From contig OZ059900.1 in assembly GCA_964057225.1 (NCBI GenBank), forward strand, positions 7,130,001 through 7,194,000: DNA of 64,000 nt, written 5' to 3'. The translations under genes were made by a program, and so were the position numbers. The notes beneath the pieces are model-generated. The model did not search any database and was not told the origin of the DNA. It was given only the letters and a program-made list of their open reading frames with translations. The stretch is from Auanema rhodensis. Lineage: Eukaryota > Animalia > Nematoda. Below are positions 27,373-40,244 of this stretch, piece by piece (position 1 is the first letter of the stretch; each line of letters opens with the position of its first letter).

Positions 27373-29354
27373 CTCTTGTTCTCTCACAATTACTAGCTCT
27401 ATCTTCAATATTCAAAGTAACCACTGCACATCTTCTCTGTGAGTATTACACTTTGCCGGATGTATAAAAGGCAGCAAGATATATGCTTTGCTATACAATG
27501 TTGAAGAGACACCAGACATAAATACATCTAACAGTCTGAACATTAACCGTGAAACAGAAGATATTCGATGGAGGAAAAATCAACGATTGAGTGCATCCAT
27601 CTCGTTCTTTCTCATATCGACACTGAAGTAGAACGAAGAACTCTCATTCAAAGAGAAAAGAAAATAGAATGTCGTGGTGTGAGAGCGCTTTCGCATATCT
27701 CCAAGCTCAGCTGAACGTAGGATGAGAGCAAGCTTAAGCCAAACAGCCATTCTCCCTCTCCCTCTCTCTCCCTCTTTCTTTCTCTCCCTCTCTTCTCTTT
27801 CCTTTATATCATCAAACTTCATGTTCTTTCAAACTATGATATTTCCTGAGCTCTCTTAAGTTTCATTATCTCTCATTCTTTTCATCTTTTAAATATCTTA
27901 AAACTATTTCTCTTCCTTTCATTTTATCCCACAAGTTGTCGCCCCTGTTTGTTTCTCTTTCATCCTCTGGTCAATAAGTTATATTTTTCGCAAATGCCTA
28001 CTCTATCTTCTATCACCATACTCTTCATCATTCTACCTCTCCACATTTCACTACCGATCAGCACATTCTTTTATACAAATAATGTAAATATTCTTATTCA
28101 GTTACGTTTTGCTGTTTCTTTCTGTTCCTTTTTTCCGCTTTCGTGATTCAATTTTTTACTCAAGAAGAGAAAAGCAATTAACATTCCGTTTACACACTTT
28201 ACTTCAGCATACCTAAGACCTAAACTGTTTGTCGCATGATCTAGTAGACTGTTTTTGATGATAGAGATCGTTTGAATTAATACATATTTACTTTTCGTCA
28301 CAGATATGCACACTGTTTCAGCTGCTAAATCAATATCTGTTTGGGAGTTGTGCTTAAGGATCAACAGTTCGAAAAAAATAAAATTTTCTTTCGTTTCTCA
28401 CATTCTTCTTCCAATATATCTTGATTATAAATCATCATTGACAGCAATAACTTTTCATATGTTGAACTGGTTCTCAGAAGTAAAACAAATATAAGAGCTT
28501 CTTTGAGAGCAGTCACCCAATTTGGTTTATTTTGTGAATTTCTAAACAGAAACAGAAATAAAATTTGTTACAGAACTTTTACAAAAATTTCTAAACATAA
28601 AAATTTGCCTCTATAAGACATTTGATTTTGATATCTCGTGTTCTTTCTATATATCTGATTGGCATATGTGCTTCTCTGCGTTTTACGGTTTCCTTTTCTC
28701 TCTGACCTCAGTTTCTCCTCATTTCTCTCGTTGCGTTTAACTCGAGCATTTGCCGGCTGTTTATGCGTACACTTCTTCTTTCCTTTCTTCCTTTACTTCT
28801 TGGCAGCAATGTTTATCACTTCTCTAATCATCTTTGAGTAACTCAACTGTTTTCATCATATCTCGTTCTCCCACTCGTTTCGCATATTTCGTTTCAGCTC
28901 TCCTATCTCACTTCATTCTTGAAGAGTTGAAAACTCTTTTTAACATTTGACAGTTATCTTTCTTTTTTTTCCCATATTTTCTCATTACCTATTTGCTTCT
29001 GTCCCTCATCATCAATAATATCCCTGACTCACAAAAATGATTTTGTGTGCTAAGCGCTTGATCGGAGATATCTGACGATAAGATTTCTCTGATGCCTCTT
29101 TGTCTTTCCTCTCCAACTGATTTTACATTGTTGAGAATAAAACTCCGCATCCACATCCCAATCAATAAGCATTTTTGCTCCCTCTTGCCACAATCCTTAA
29201 AATACTGTCAGATTTCATGTTGACAAATGCTTGAGATTTTTTATCGTCGTCTCTTTAAACTTTTCCTTCGCACTTTTAATTTTAACAGAACTTATTACTT
29301 TTCTTTTATTTTGTTTTGGATTTCTTAATGAGTACTCGAGTTTAGATTCAAAGA

Positions 29355-31287
29355 ATGGGTGATGTAGCAGATGAGGACATAAAAAATGTTGTGAAAATGC
29401 CTGTAAGTTCGGAGGATGAAGATGTTACTACAAGCAAGGTTTGAATTGCTATTTTATTGTTCAAAACAAACTGTTTTTAGAAAAATCTCCGTGTGTCTGA
29501 TCAATCATCTGCTCTTATTAAAGAATCAATGGATCTTTTGGGATTGAAATCAACATCGACTGCATCCGTCCTACCATCTGACACGGAGCCATTATACACT
29601 TCACGTATTACTTCTAGCCCGGATAGAGTTCATTTGTTACGCACGTCTAGGTATATACTAAACTGTTCCAAACTGTTTTATTCCATATTTTTAGTTCATC
29701 TAGCTACTACAAGCCAGATTATGGAAGCAGCGATTTTGATAAGCAACTGGAGAATATATTGGAATATCGCAAGCAACCAGCAAAGGCTCTTAAAGAATGT
29801 ATCAATGATTCTTACCATCGTGTAAGTAGTAATTAAAATGTTTTTTTTATTTTCTTGTATTTAGGCAAAAAGTACAGTTGCAAGACAAATAGAAGAAGCC
29901 GAAAATCCATATCAATCATCACGTCATTTAAGAACACCATCAAAACCATTTCATCACTTGGAAACAGATATTGAGCCTTTCCGCTCCAGTTTAACGTAAG
30001 CACTAAAGTTAGTACAAAGAAAAAAAAATTTTTTAAGAACTCGCGATAGTATTACCTCTCCTTCACTCCGTCGCTCAACTTCTTCATCTGCTACAGGACT
30101 TTTTGGAAGTCATGCTGGTATAATTACTTTGTTAGTTACAGTTATCCCTTCCACGTTTAGCTGGCTCAGGCCCATATCTTGCTCCTGCTGTTTCGATTTC
30201 TCAAGGCATTGAGTCCCGCTACGATTGTATTGCTCGGAATATAGAAGATAGGTACTATATAAATACAAAAAGATGACACACGCAATATAAACTTATTCAG
30301 ATTGCTAAAAACATGTCCTTTACCTCGACACATGAAAGTTTCCAGAACATACTCAAAACCAGAACCTACTTCCACAAAGGATGATGAAGATGATGATGAC
30401 TATTCGGTACGAATTTAGTTTTAAAAAATGTTTATTGAATCATTATAGGTGTATATGCCTCGTACATACTACTCAAGACCTAACAGAGATGATCCTGATT
30501 ATTTTGATTACGATCTTCAACATTCAGTGGATCTATTTAAAAGACCAGAAGGGAAATATACACCTCGGGGGTACATAAAGATAATTTTCAAAAAATCTAA
30601 CTGTTTCTATTCACAGGCCACAAGACTGGGAGACAAAACTTCTTGCTGAAGTTTCACATAAAGGAAGTACACCTTTAGCTGGCTACATGTTCTCAAAGGT
30701 TGACTCATTCCATGTTTCTATTTCATTTTTATTGATCCAGGGAGACGCTGATTGGCGCTCAAATGGGTCATCATATTTAAGCGCTGCTCTAAGAACTCCC
30801 AAATTTTGGGAACAACGTTTTGAGAAGTTAGGCAAAGAAGTGCGTGAAAGCAATCCTCTCAGTTTGGAAAGTGTGAATAGGTAAGTATCTTGTGCCGGTA
30901 TCTTGTGCCAATCATATTAAAACACTATGTCATTATTAGAAAACTTTATTATTTAATCCTGTTTATTGGATTAAAGAAAATTAAATTCATTTAGACGTTT
31001 GAAAGAGTACGATCAGATTCGCAGGTATAGCATAAATAACAATAACTGAATCATTTTGTTCAATATCTTCTATCTTTTATAAATCTATCCCTTATAAATA
31101 TCAACCAATCTCTTCTTATTCTGACTCTCTCAACCAATACTTTCAAATAATTCAAAACTCTTAATTTCTTTATAATGTTATTGAATATAAAAATATCATG
31201 TTTTGTAGAAATCGGCCAGTAACCAGCCGATTCACAGAATATCGTGACCCAGATCACGAAGACTATGATGATGATGACTTCGAATAA
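29355..31287 (+). CDS. Multi-exon Ser/Arg/Tyr-rich protein, function not assigned
   Basis: About 12 short exons with canonical splice sites: MGDVADEDIKNVVKMPVSSEDEDVTTSK|KNLRVSDQSSALIKESMDLLGL...|VYMPRTYYSRPNRDDPDYFDYDLQHSVDLFKRPEGKYTPR|PQDWETKLLAEVSHKG...|GDADWRSNGSSYLSAALRTPKFWEQRFEKLGKEVRESNPLSLESVNR|...NRPVTSRFTEYRDPDHEDYDDDDFE*. Confidence 0.85.
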
Positions 31288-34200
31288 AACTCTCGAGATC
31301 TTCTAACAAGCATAAGTAATATATTATGCTGGAGCGCCTGTCATATATAAATGTAAGTAAGTTAATATATAAATGTATTATGAAAAACTAATAGTTTCAT
31401 TATTTTAGGTCTTTACGTTCATAAAGATATAATGAAGATATAAGCATTCTACATAACCTATAGAATAATATATATCTAAAAACAATATTAACTATGTTTT
31501 ACTTTATATTTACTTTTCCTTCATTCTTTACATTGTTATCTCTTTCTTTCTTTTAATTTTCTTTAGAGATAGCGAAAAGAAATTAGTTAGGATGTTATCC
31601 TTTCTGATCTATAATTCACTTATCATGTATGACATAAAGAATTTACTCAATTATTTTAATAACTTTCTATTATAAAATTAGATTTTTAAAATATAAATAT
31701 ATGTATATGTATGTATAAATGTTATTATTTTTATTATTATATGTATAGTAGAGTGCTGCTATACATATCAAATAAGAAAATCGAGTTTCCTCAAAATAGG
31801 AAACGCCAAGACAACATAATGAGTATGTAAAAAATTCTTTTCTTTGGATAAGTATAAACATAACTGGCAGGTGATTGAAAAAATTCCAGAAAAATCGTCA
31901 AAAAAAAAGAAAAAACACGTAACGACCACCTCATCAGCTCTATTCAAGCATTAAAGCGTTCATAATGAGCTTTAGTGCAATGCGGAGACTGGAGACTTTC
32001 TCAATCACAAAAGTCATATTGGTGACGAGTAAAAAAGCTGTTGAATAGGAAAAGCTTTTAAATTACTTTTTCCAAGCTATTTTCATAGTTCGTTGATATT
32101 CTCGCATGTATTACTGAAGGATACTGCTTTTATAGCCAAAGTATTAAAATAATATTATTCAGTTTTTTTGGTGTAACAATATTTTTCAAATTACAACATC
32201 TACTGATATTATAAGATAAGGTAAGGTAAATAAATGATCTTAAGATAAAATCCATTATAACAAAACATGAATGCGAAATAGAATAAATTGATTAAATACC
32301 TTGAAAAGAAACGTTTACTCATTCTGATTACAACAGAAAACACAGAAATATTTCCGTCTTATAGTATTTTTTAGAAATCATTAGCTAACTATTGCACGTG
32401 CAATTTGCGTATATCTGAAAAGCTGTGTCCATACTTCACTTTCAACTTATTATGTTCTTGTTTTTCATCAAATTTAAAACGTTTCTACTATAGATTCCTT
32501 CAATGTGTTCATTTCACCTTGAATTTCATTCATGCATAAAGCCTGAAAATTCTTTGATTTCAATTTAAAAGCATTTGCTCCTGAAAAAAACTAAATCTGT
32601 TTTCTTCTCAAAGTGAAAAGCTATTTCTTGTACAATTTTCCAGCAGTATCTGAAAATTTTTCATATAAATGTTTATATACCTTTATGCAAAACTTTTTAA
32701 AAAGTTTTTTTTTGCTGTTGTTGGCGTTATAACGTATAATCAGAGTTCATAATGCAGTATTGAGCCTTGTGATCTCACTTGAGCGCAAAATACCTTTTGA
32801 AAGATCAACAAGATGTGGGCTTACGTACAATTGCGTTGTTCAACGTAATATAGTCAAGAGCCTTTCATCTTTGCTGTCTCTCTCTTGCCTGAAAACGAGG
32901 TTGGTTTGGCAGCTTGACTACTGTTTGAGAATTGTTAGCGCTAACGCTGGTACTTGAGACACTGTTGTCTGTCTCTATTTCTCTTTTACGCTAGCCTATT
33001 TCCCTTCATTCTCATTTTTATTTCTCTAAATCTCATAATCATCCGCAATGCCTTGTTCATCTATCCTCTTCAGTATCAGTCAAGTACACGTGTCTTATCA
33101 AAACTGTTCTTCATTCGAATAGTTCGCACAACCAACTCATATCTACGTTCTGACTTGAATTAAGCTTTTCATTCACAGTTTACACATCTTTTCACGCTCT
33201 TGATTAGTATTTCTCACAATTGATGTTTTAATTCTAATTTTGAGCTTATTTAGTTATATAATAGTATAACAGCATCAATGCCACCCCACATTCATTATTA
33301 CTAGATCAGATTAAAAGTATTTTGAAGTAGATTATCGAATTATATCATAGATCAAGAATTCATAGAGTCTCGGTTCAGTTTGCCTTTATCTTATTTCAGT
33401 GTGAAACGACATAAATACGAGAACATTTTTATTAGCTATCGTATTACAATAATTAAAATATTCTCCTTCTCTTGACAACAAAATACATTTCATTGATCGT
33501 CTATCTTTTTTCTACTTATTCATTTTGCAAGCACATATTTAATTTTTTTTGATTTAATAATAAATCTTCCACTTGTTTTGAGATACATCACGCAAACTCA
33601 TTTTGAGAAAGTCGAGTTCGCATATATCTTCTAATATCCCTCCTACCACGCTCATCATCATTAGTTTATTCAATATTCTTTGGCATAAATATGAATAATT
33701 GTTTAAGTTAGTCAGTTATTCGAGCATCTCCTATACATTTTTGCTTTTATGAAATCAATTCAGTCCCGCTTGAATTTTAAGTTCTGAGAAAAAATCTGAA
33801 AGGAAGTAATAATCTATCAGCGTTTTGCTATAAATATGTTGAATAACTCCATCTTAGCTGTATATTCTTAGTTAATGCATAGTCGTTTTCAATCGAAAAT
33901 CAAATGTAATGTAAGAATTGTATAAAAATCTCTTTCTTTAATAGTATAATTTTTTTTCTCACTTTTTTCTACTCTTTTTTTTTGTTTAGCCATCAAATCA
34001 AGTGTCAAAGGTGTTTTTCTTGTCATCGTGTGTCAAGCATTTTCATTAATATTCGCTATTTCTTGTTTAATCATATGAAAGAGACTGCGACCAGAAAATA
34101 AAGAGCTGTACCGTTAGCCCATCAAAACGATTAAGAGATAGGAGTGGGTTGGCAGTCATGATGAGGTTGAAATACAGATAGCAAAGAGCAAGCACTTGAG

Positions 34201-35044
34201 ACATGAGCTGAAATTCTCGTTTTTCCGAACTTCTAAGTTAAATAATGCCAATGAGTGAGGATGAGAGATTAATGTTATAACGATATAAGAAGAACACGCG
34301 TAGAAAGTTGAAAATTAGTGAATCAAAGCCGAACTATAGAAATAAAAACAAGATAGTACTTTATCGAGAGAAAAAAAACATCTTCTAATTATTTAGAGAG
34401 AAAAAATTAGTGTGAAAGCCAGGATTCACCTGCTCTACAAGCGTTCCTTCCAACGAGAAAAAGAATTTGGATTTAAGTTCACATTGAAGGCGGTGATCTT
34501 GAGCATTGACGTCAAAGTTCTTTGGACATCCTCTTTGTGTTATTTAGAGATTAACTACTGCTCTTTCTAACACAATTTTCATGTCTTTTTACTTGAATGT
34601 TGAATCATTGATGAGTATTTGAGAGGCTTACGCATGCGTATGTCTTTTTTTTCATAGGGAATTACTCTGTGACATACGTACTTATCTTCGTTTTCATTCA
34701 ATTTTTCGATTCCTTTTCCCCATTCAGTTTTGCTCTCAGTTCTTGTCTCTTACGCTCATTTGCTTTTCCTCTTGCTCTTCTTCATTTTCAACAACCATTA
34801 CGTGTGATTCGCAGTGAGTATCGCGAGTATAGCTCTATCATCATCGTCATCATCATCACTGAGTTCAGTTTTCCATTCTCTCCCAAATATTCTTCACTTT
34901 CATCCCGTTTTCAAGCATTGTCTTTTCGTTTTGTATTCTGAGGTCATATTTGTTTTATTCTGGTCTTCGGAAATCATAAACGCACATACTAGCCAAAGCA
35001 AAATGTGATATGTAACATATGATATTAAGGGTAAAAGTTGCAAC

Positions 35045-37159
35045 ATGTTCCTGACTCCATTCCTTCTTCTTGCTCTTCCAGCTTCATTGGTTGCCATCTG
35101 CCCAATGGAAAATCATCAGGTAAATTCAGATTTAGATATGTATGCAAGCAAAATCAATATTTTAAGGTTTGTAATGAAGGTTACAAAACATCCTGCTGCT
35201 GCAGCATCGTTCAAACTGATGTAAACAACAATATATTCTCCAAAAACAAAACAAACTATTTTAGATTAGCTCTGCACCTGAACAATCTTGCAACCAGATT
35301 ATCATTAGAGACCTAGAGACCGAAGCCTTCCCAGTAGTCTCAATCGATTTCAATCTTGATGATAAAGTTGAAGGTCTTGAACAATGGCCTGAGGAGTCTT
35401 TCCGTGATACTATTGCCAAATCACTCCGTGTAGATGATGTGAGTTCAATACGAGTAGATTACCAGAGTTAAGGAAAGTCAAAGAGGTGCAAAGACAATTT
35501 AACGCTGAATGCTTGCATAGCACTTATAAGTGTTTGATTTGCGGACGATCTTCATCTGACCACAGGGAATAATGAAAATTATAAAAAAGCGAAATATGAG
35601 AAAAGTTCATAATTTTCAAAAAAAAATCTTATGAATTGTGTTTGACATATCACATATGCTGTTATGAGAAGCTAACTTGACTATCTGTGTACTAAGTGTT
35701 TGAGTGCTTTTCGATTGGAAAATGGGATTAAGTCTACATCTCGTCTCATCCATGGCTTTGTACTCAAAAACTAACATGAACTACATATTTTATGTCTAAC
35801 AATAAAGAATGAACGTATTCACTGTTTTGCTGCAACATTGTTAAATTTTTATTTCACTTTTTAGGAAGATATCGTAATCCTTCGGGCTAGCTGTAAAAAC
35901 ACTGATGATCAACTAACTATCCAGTTTGCTGTTCTAAAAAAGGTATAACAATTGAATACCCTTCAAAATAATACAATAATAGTACGCAAAAATATTTTTT
36001 TGAAACTCAATTGAAAGATGATAAAACGAGAAAAATTCAACGAACCAATTCTGAATTATGGAGATGTTTGCTGAGAAACTTGCCGAGCTATTAAAATCCT
36101 GCTCAAAAAAACAGAATAATTTCAGGATAAGAATGAGACTGAGCTGCCATATGAAGTGAGTGACTTTATTGATGCCCAATCTCTTGCTTCTCGCATCAAG
36201 GCTATGGGACATCTCAACCGCATTGCTGACCTAGATGTTGATTCTGTCGAATTTGTAAGTTTTTAAAAGATCTGAAACAAATAGAACAATTTAGTAAAAG
36301 TAAAATTATGATTCATAACAAAATAAAAAAAATATATCTATATTAGAATTTAGTAGGCGCATGACTGAATATGAAATCATTCCATTATACAAAATTAACA
36401 AATAAACGATCTCTATCTAAATAGACTTTACGTACTTTTTTTAATTCTAAAAAACTCCTGTTAGATATGTCACCTCTAGATGCTTTTGTTCAACATCATT
36501 CATCTTTGTCCTTTTTTTGTTCTTTTCTTAACATCAAACTATACTATATCATATATGAATTGAATCTCATGCAGCAAATGATTTATCTGCTATAAACTGC
36601 CACTAATGTTGTTATGACAGATGACAAAAGTTCAAACACGTAGCCAGACAATCGTGTGACTTTAGTAATCCTAGCGTTGTTTCCCTTTCTTTGCCCCGGT
36701 TTACTACCAATACACCGATGATAAACTGCTTAAGGAGACATTAGCAACTGCCTAAACGACAAACAATTGCATGCGATCTATGTCGTACGATGCAAGTAAT
36801 ATCGCGAAAAAAAAGCGTTTTCTTCATATACAACTAGAGTAGTCTGACGATGAATACAACAATTCATAAAATGCACCAGAATTCGTTAACATTAAATAAA
36901 CTGAATACTGGAGTAAAAAAAACAAATCAGATACCAAAATAATTCCAAAGACTTGAAATTCAAATATATCCTGATTTTTATTAATCATTACCATTATTTA
37001 CAGACTGATGAGATGATTGACATCGAGTACGAGCCTGACAATGCTGATCTTGTGTTTGAAGCTTTTGTGGTTGCTCTTTCTGCATTTGTTGCAGTTATTC
37101 TTGGAGTGTACTACTCATGCAAAAACCGTGACTATGCTGATGATCTTCAAAAAGTTTAA
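35045..37159 (+). CDS. 221-aa type I single-pass membrane protein (signal peptide, Cys-rich N-terminus, possible SEA-like alpha/beta ectodomain)
   Basis: Six phase-0 exons: 35045-35119, 35167-35220, 35265-35438, 35865-35942, 36126-36254 and 37004-37159 (666 nt). MFLTPFLLLALPASLVA-ICPMENHQVCNEGYKTSCCCSIV...[28 protein letters not shown]...; TM LVFEAFVVALSAFVAVILGVYYSC; tail KNRDYADDLQKV*. Confidence 0.88.
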
Positions 37160-40100
37160 AAAACTTTTCCTACAATATCACGTCGTTATTCAGTTCAAAT
37201 TCTTCAGTTGATATCTCATGAAGCACTCAGCAAACAAATATATATTTCTAGTCAAAAACGAATCAGCTTGCTATTGCGAAATATAATCGTTATAAATATT
37301 TTAAAGGAAAAATAATGTTATACTTTAAGCACCGTATTTGAATCTTATTCTCCAATTTTTATGAATTAACCCTATCTTTCAGCATCTCAATCACAGATGT
37401 TAGGTATAATTCTCGAATTATTTTCAATTTTGTTTTCAAATTTGTCATTCATAACCATTTTGATCGCCCTTTCTTTTCGTCTATATGGTTTTTTCAACGT
37501 CTAATGCTGTTTGAATCTCCATTTGTAACTGAAATGTGACATTGATATATTGAAAAAGGCTGAATGATGAAGATCAAGATATGAATAGAAATTTTAATTA
37601 TTTGTTCATAACATAAAACAAAGAAACTAAGCAGATCAAAAAGAAAAATTATCAAAAAAATCAATTCAATGATGAATCTAGAAATTGAATGATGCTTCTG
37701 ATTATATACATAATTACTATTATCAATTAGGTATGCACTTCCCAAGAATGCACCAGTTTTCTGCTACGATATTTTCTAATTTATCCACAAATTAATAATA
37801 ATTTTTATTAAAACTATATTTTGTAAAGTTTATAGTCAAATTATTGAGGTTCGCTAATTAAAACTAACTGACTCATATTTCACAATCTATTACGCTTGGG
37901 GCCAATATATGACGGAATTAAGTTACTAATAACCATAACAATATGAAATAGTAAAATAACGTAATACTTATATTTATTAGTATTTGTTCATCAAACAGGT
38001 ATAGAACATAGATTACAACAACAAGAAAAGACAGTAAAAATATGCATACAACCTCATATCTTCTTGTGTCTTATTAACATCTGTGTATAATCAGTTAGAG
38101 CAGGTGGAGTAAAAAAAATATTACCGGGAAATTTCGTTGATATATGTGCTGAGAGTGATATATGTATAGTAATAATTCATATCTGGAATATAATAGTTAT
38201 GGCTAACTAGAGTAATCTGTCATATTAATGCGGGTCACTTATATGAATGAACATCTTAATTTTTTAAAAATAATCAATATCTTCACGATTTTATATCTTG
38301 TTCGAAAATTTTGCAAATGCAATGCAATATTCACATGATCGAGCTTTAATCTTGGTGATAGACAATAGTAGGAAAACACCAAAGTTCGAAAACATGATCA
38401 CATTGCTGAAATAAAATGAATGATCATCATGGCTGACGTTTTGTTAAAAATCTGACAACATCATTGTCTCATTACTTGTTTAACTATCGAATTACATTTG
38501 AATTGCCTATTTTTCACACCTTCCGTGCTTGATTGTAGGCTAAATTTTTTGAGCTGATAGTAATTATACTATGAACATAATGTGACAATGACAAATGTAC
38601 AAAATTAAAATTGGCTTATGAATCTGGGGAAGCACATGTTTGATTTTGAAAAGAAATATTCATGTATCTTATGATTTTTTTAATTTTAATATTTTAGACA
38701 ATGAATGAGAAACAATACTTCTCATATTCCTATATAGATAGGGTTATGATCATCAGGTTCGCTCTGTATGGGAGCTTATTCACCTATTCGATTTTTCCAA
38801 TTTCTCTTTTATGAAATGGCTTTTATTGGTCAAATGTCTGAATAACAAAAAAGTTTGAAACAAACCTTTGACAAGAATAGGAGATTCAATAGGCAATTTC
38901 ATTCTATTATCACCAAGAAATATCGTTGTAAAATGTTCTGAAACAGCAAGTACAAATGAATATCAGTACCTTTTTATCTCATTTTTAACCAAAGTTCTAA
39001 TAGCTCGAAATATCTCTAAAAATTGAAACAATTCAAATTTTTTTTCATGAAAGCGATTTCTCATCCGATAAGGCAAATGCATGCTTACAGAAAGCCAAAA
39101 CAAAGCATCATAATAACCGTTCGTAATGACAATAGGAGCACACATTTAAATGATATAACATTAATTGTACTCGTGCTTTCACATGGGAGTGAAAATGAAA
39201 AATACACATATTTACTTATTTCAAAAATGAAAAAAATCAATTGAATATAAAATGTCTGCGAAGCGCATTAATACTTGGCAAGATTTGTTATTCATATTCA
39301 AGCAGAGGCACACTGCTTATTATGATAAAAATATTAATTAAAACCACAAAATGATGAAGCATTTAGCGCAACTGTTTTTGAGTTGCTGTTTACAATAATT
39401 CTGAAAGAATTTCCCTTTCGTTTTGCGTTGCCGCCATAAACTTCCAAATTATTGCACTTGTAGTGTAGTGAACAGATAACAGCATTATCTCAACAACAAA
39501 TTGTTTTTTTTTATTGTGTTCTCTTGAATTCTTTCGTTGTTTACATTGATGGCTGAATCGATGTGTTGAACACGTGTCCATGTGATGTATCATCATCTAA
39601 TGCTGTTTCGTGATTTTCATTTTATTGTGATGTGTGGGCATGCTGTGTATTAGCTATGGCTGAAAATATGAAGGAAAAAAAGATTCTTGAAGACAGAAAA
39701 ACGTTGTTTGAGTGTTACGTTTTGCTCGTCCACTGCCACCTGTTTGAGACCTTCAAACCAGCTACAGATAATTAGTCAACATTATTTAATTATGAGGAAT
39801 GATCTAAAGCAATAATTAGTGCACGACTGATATCATGTACTGTCCATAGATTAATATTTAACTACTAGCCCACTTGATAAATGACATCATCAATAGCTAG
39901 ACTTTATAGCTTTCTTAATATTTTTCCGTTCTTCAGCTGAAAAAATGAACTCTGACGAGAGTTTATCATACGAACGCTTGCAAATTTTTACCCAGTCTTA
40001 CATTCATGAAAACAAATTAAACTTTTTTACAATTTATTTAATTAATTAAGAGCACAAAAAGTAAAATTCAAAAATGTTGTGCAAACATCAGAACATCTAA

Positions 40101-40244
40101 CAGATTAACTCAGACCACTCACGATGCACTTTATGTATATAATGCATACAACTTCCAACATACATTTTTTTACTCTCTTTCCTAGTTTCCTGCCGTTTAT
40201 CAATTTGAATACTTTGAAATTACCCCGAATAGTCATGCATACAA
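36470..40244 (+). repeat. Left arm of 3,775-bp inverted duplication
   Basis: Reverse complement of 43310-47084. Paired coordinates sum to 83554 at both ends and in all mirrored ORFs of the track (e.g. 37494/46060, 39390/44164, 36953/46601). Confidence 0.97.

Noticed and set aside
30885-30909. Short tandem duplication gtatcttgtgcc in an intron
   Set aside because: Ordinary slippage duplication with no evident effect on splicing.
32762-32822. Weak stem-loop (cttgtgatct...agatcaacaag) as snoRNA
   Set aside because: The stem is short and has no properly placed H/ACA or C/D boxes.
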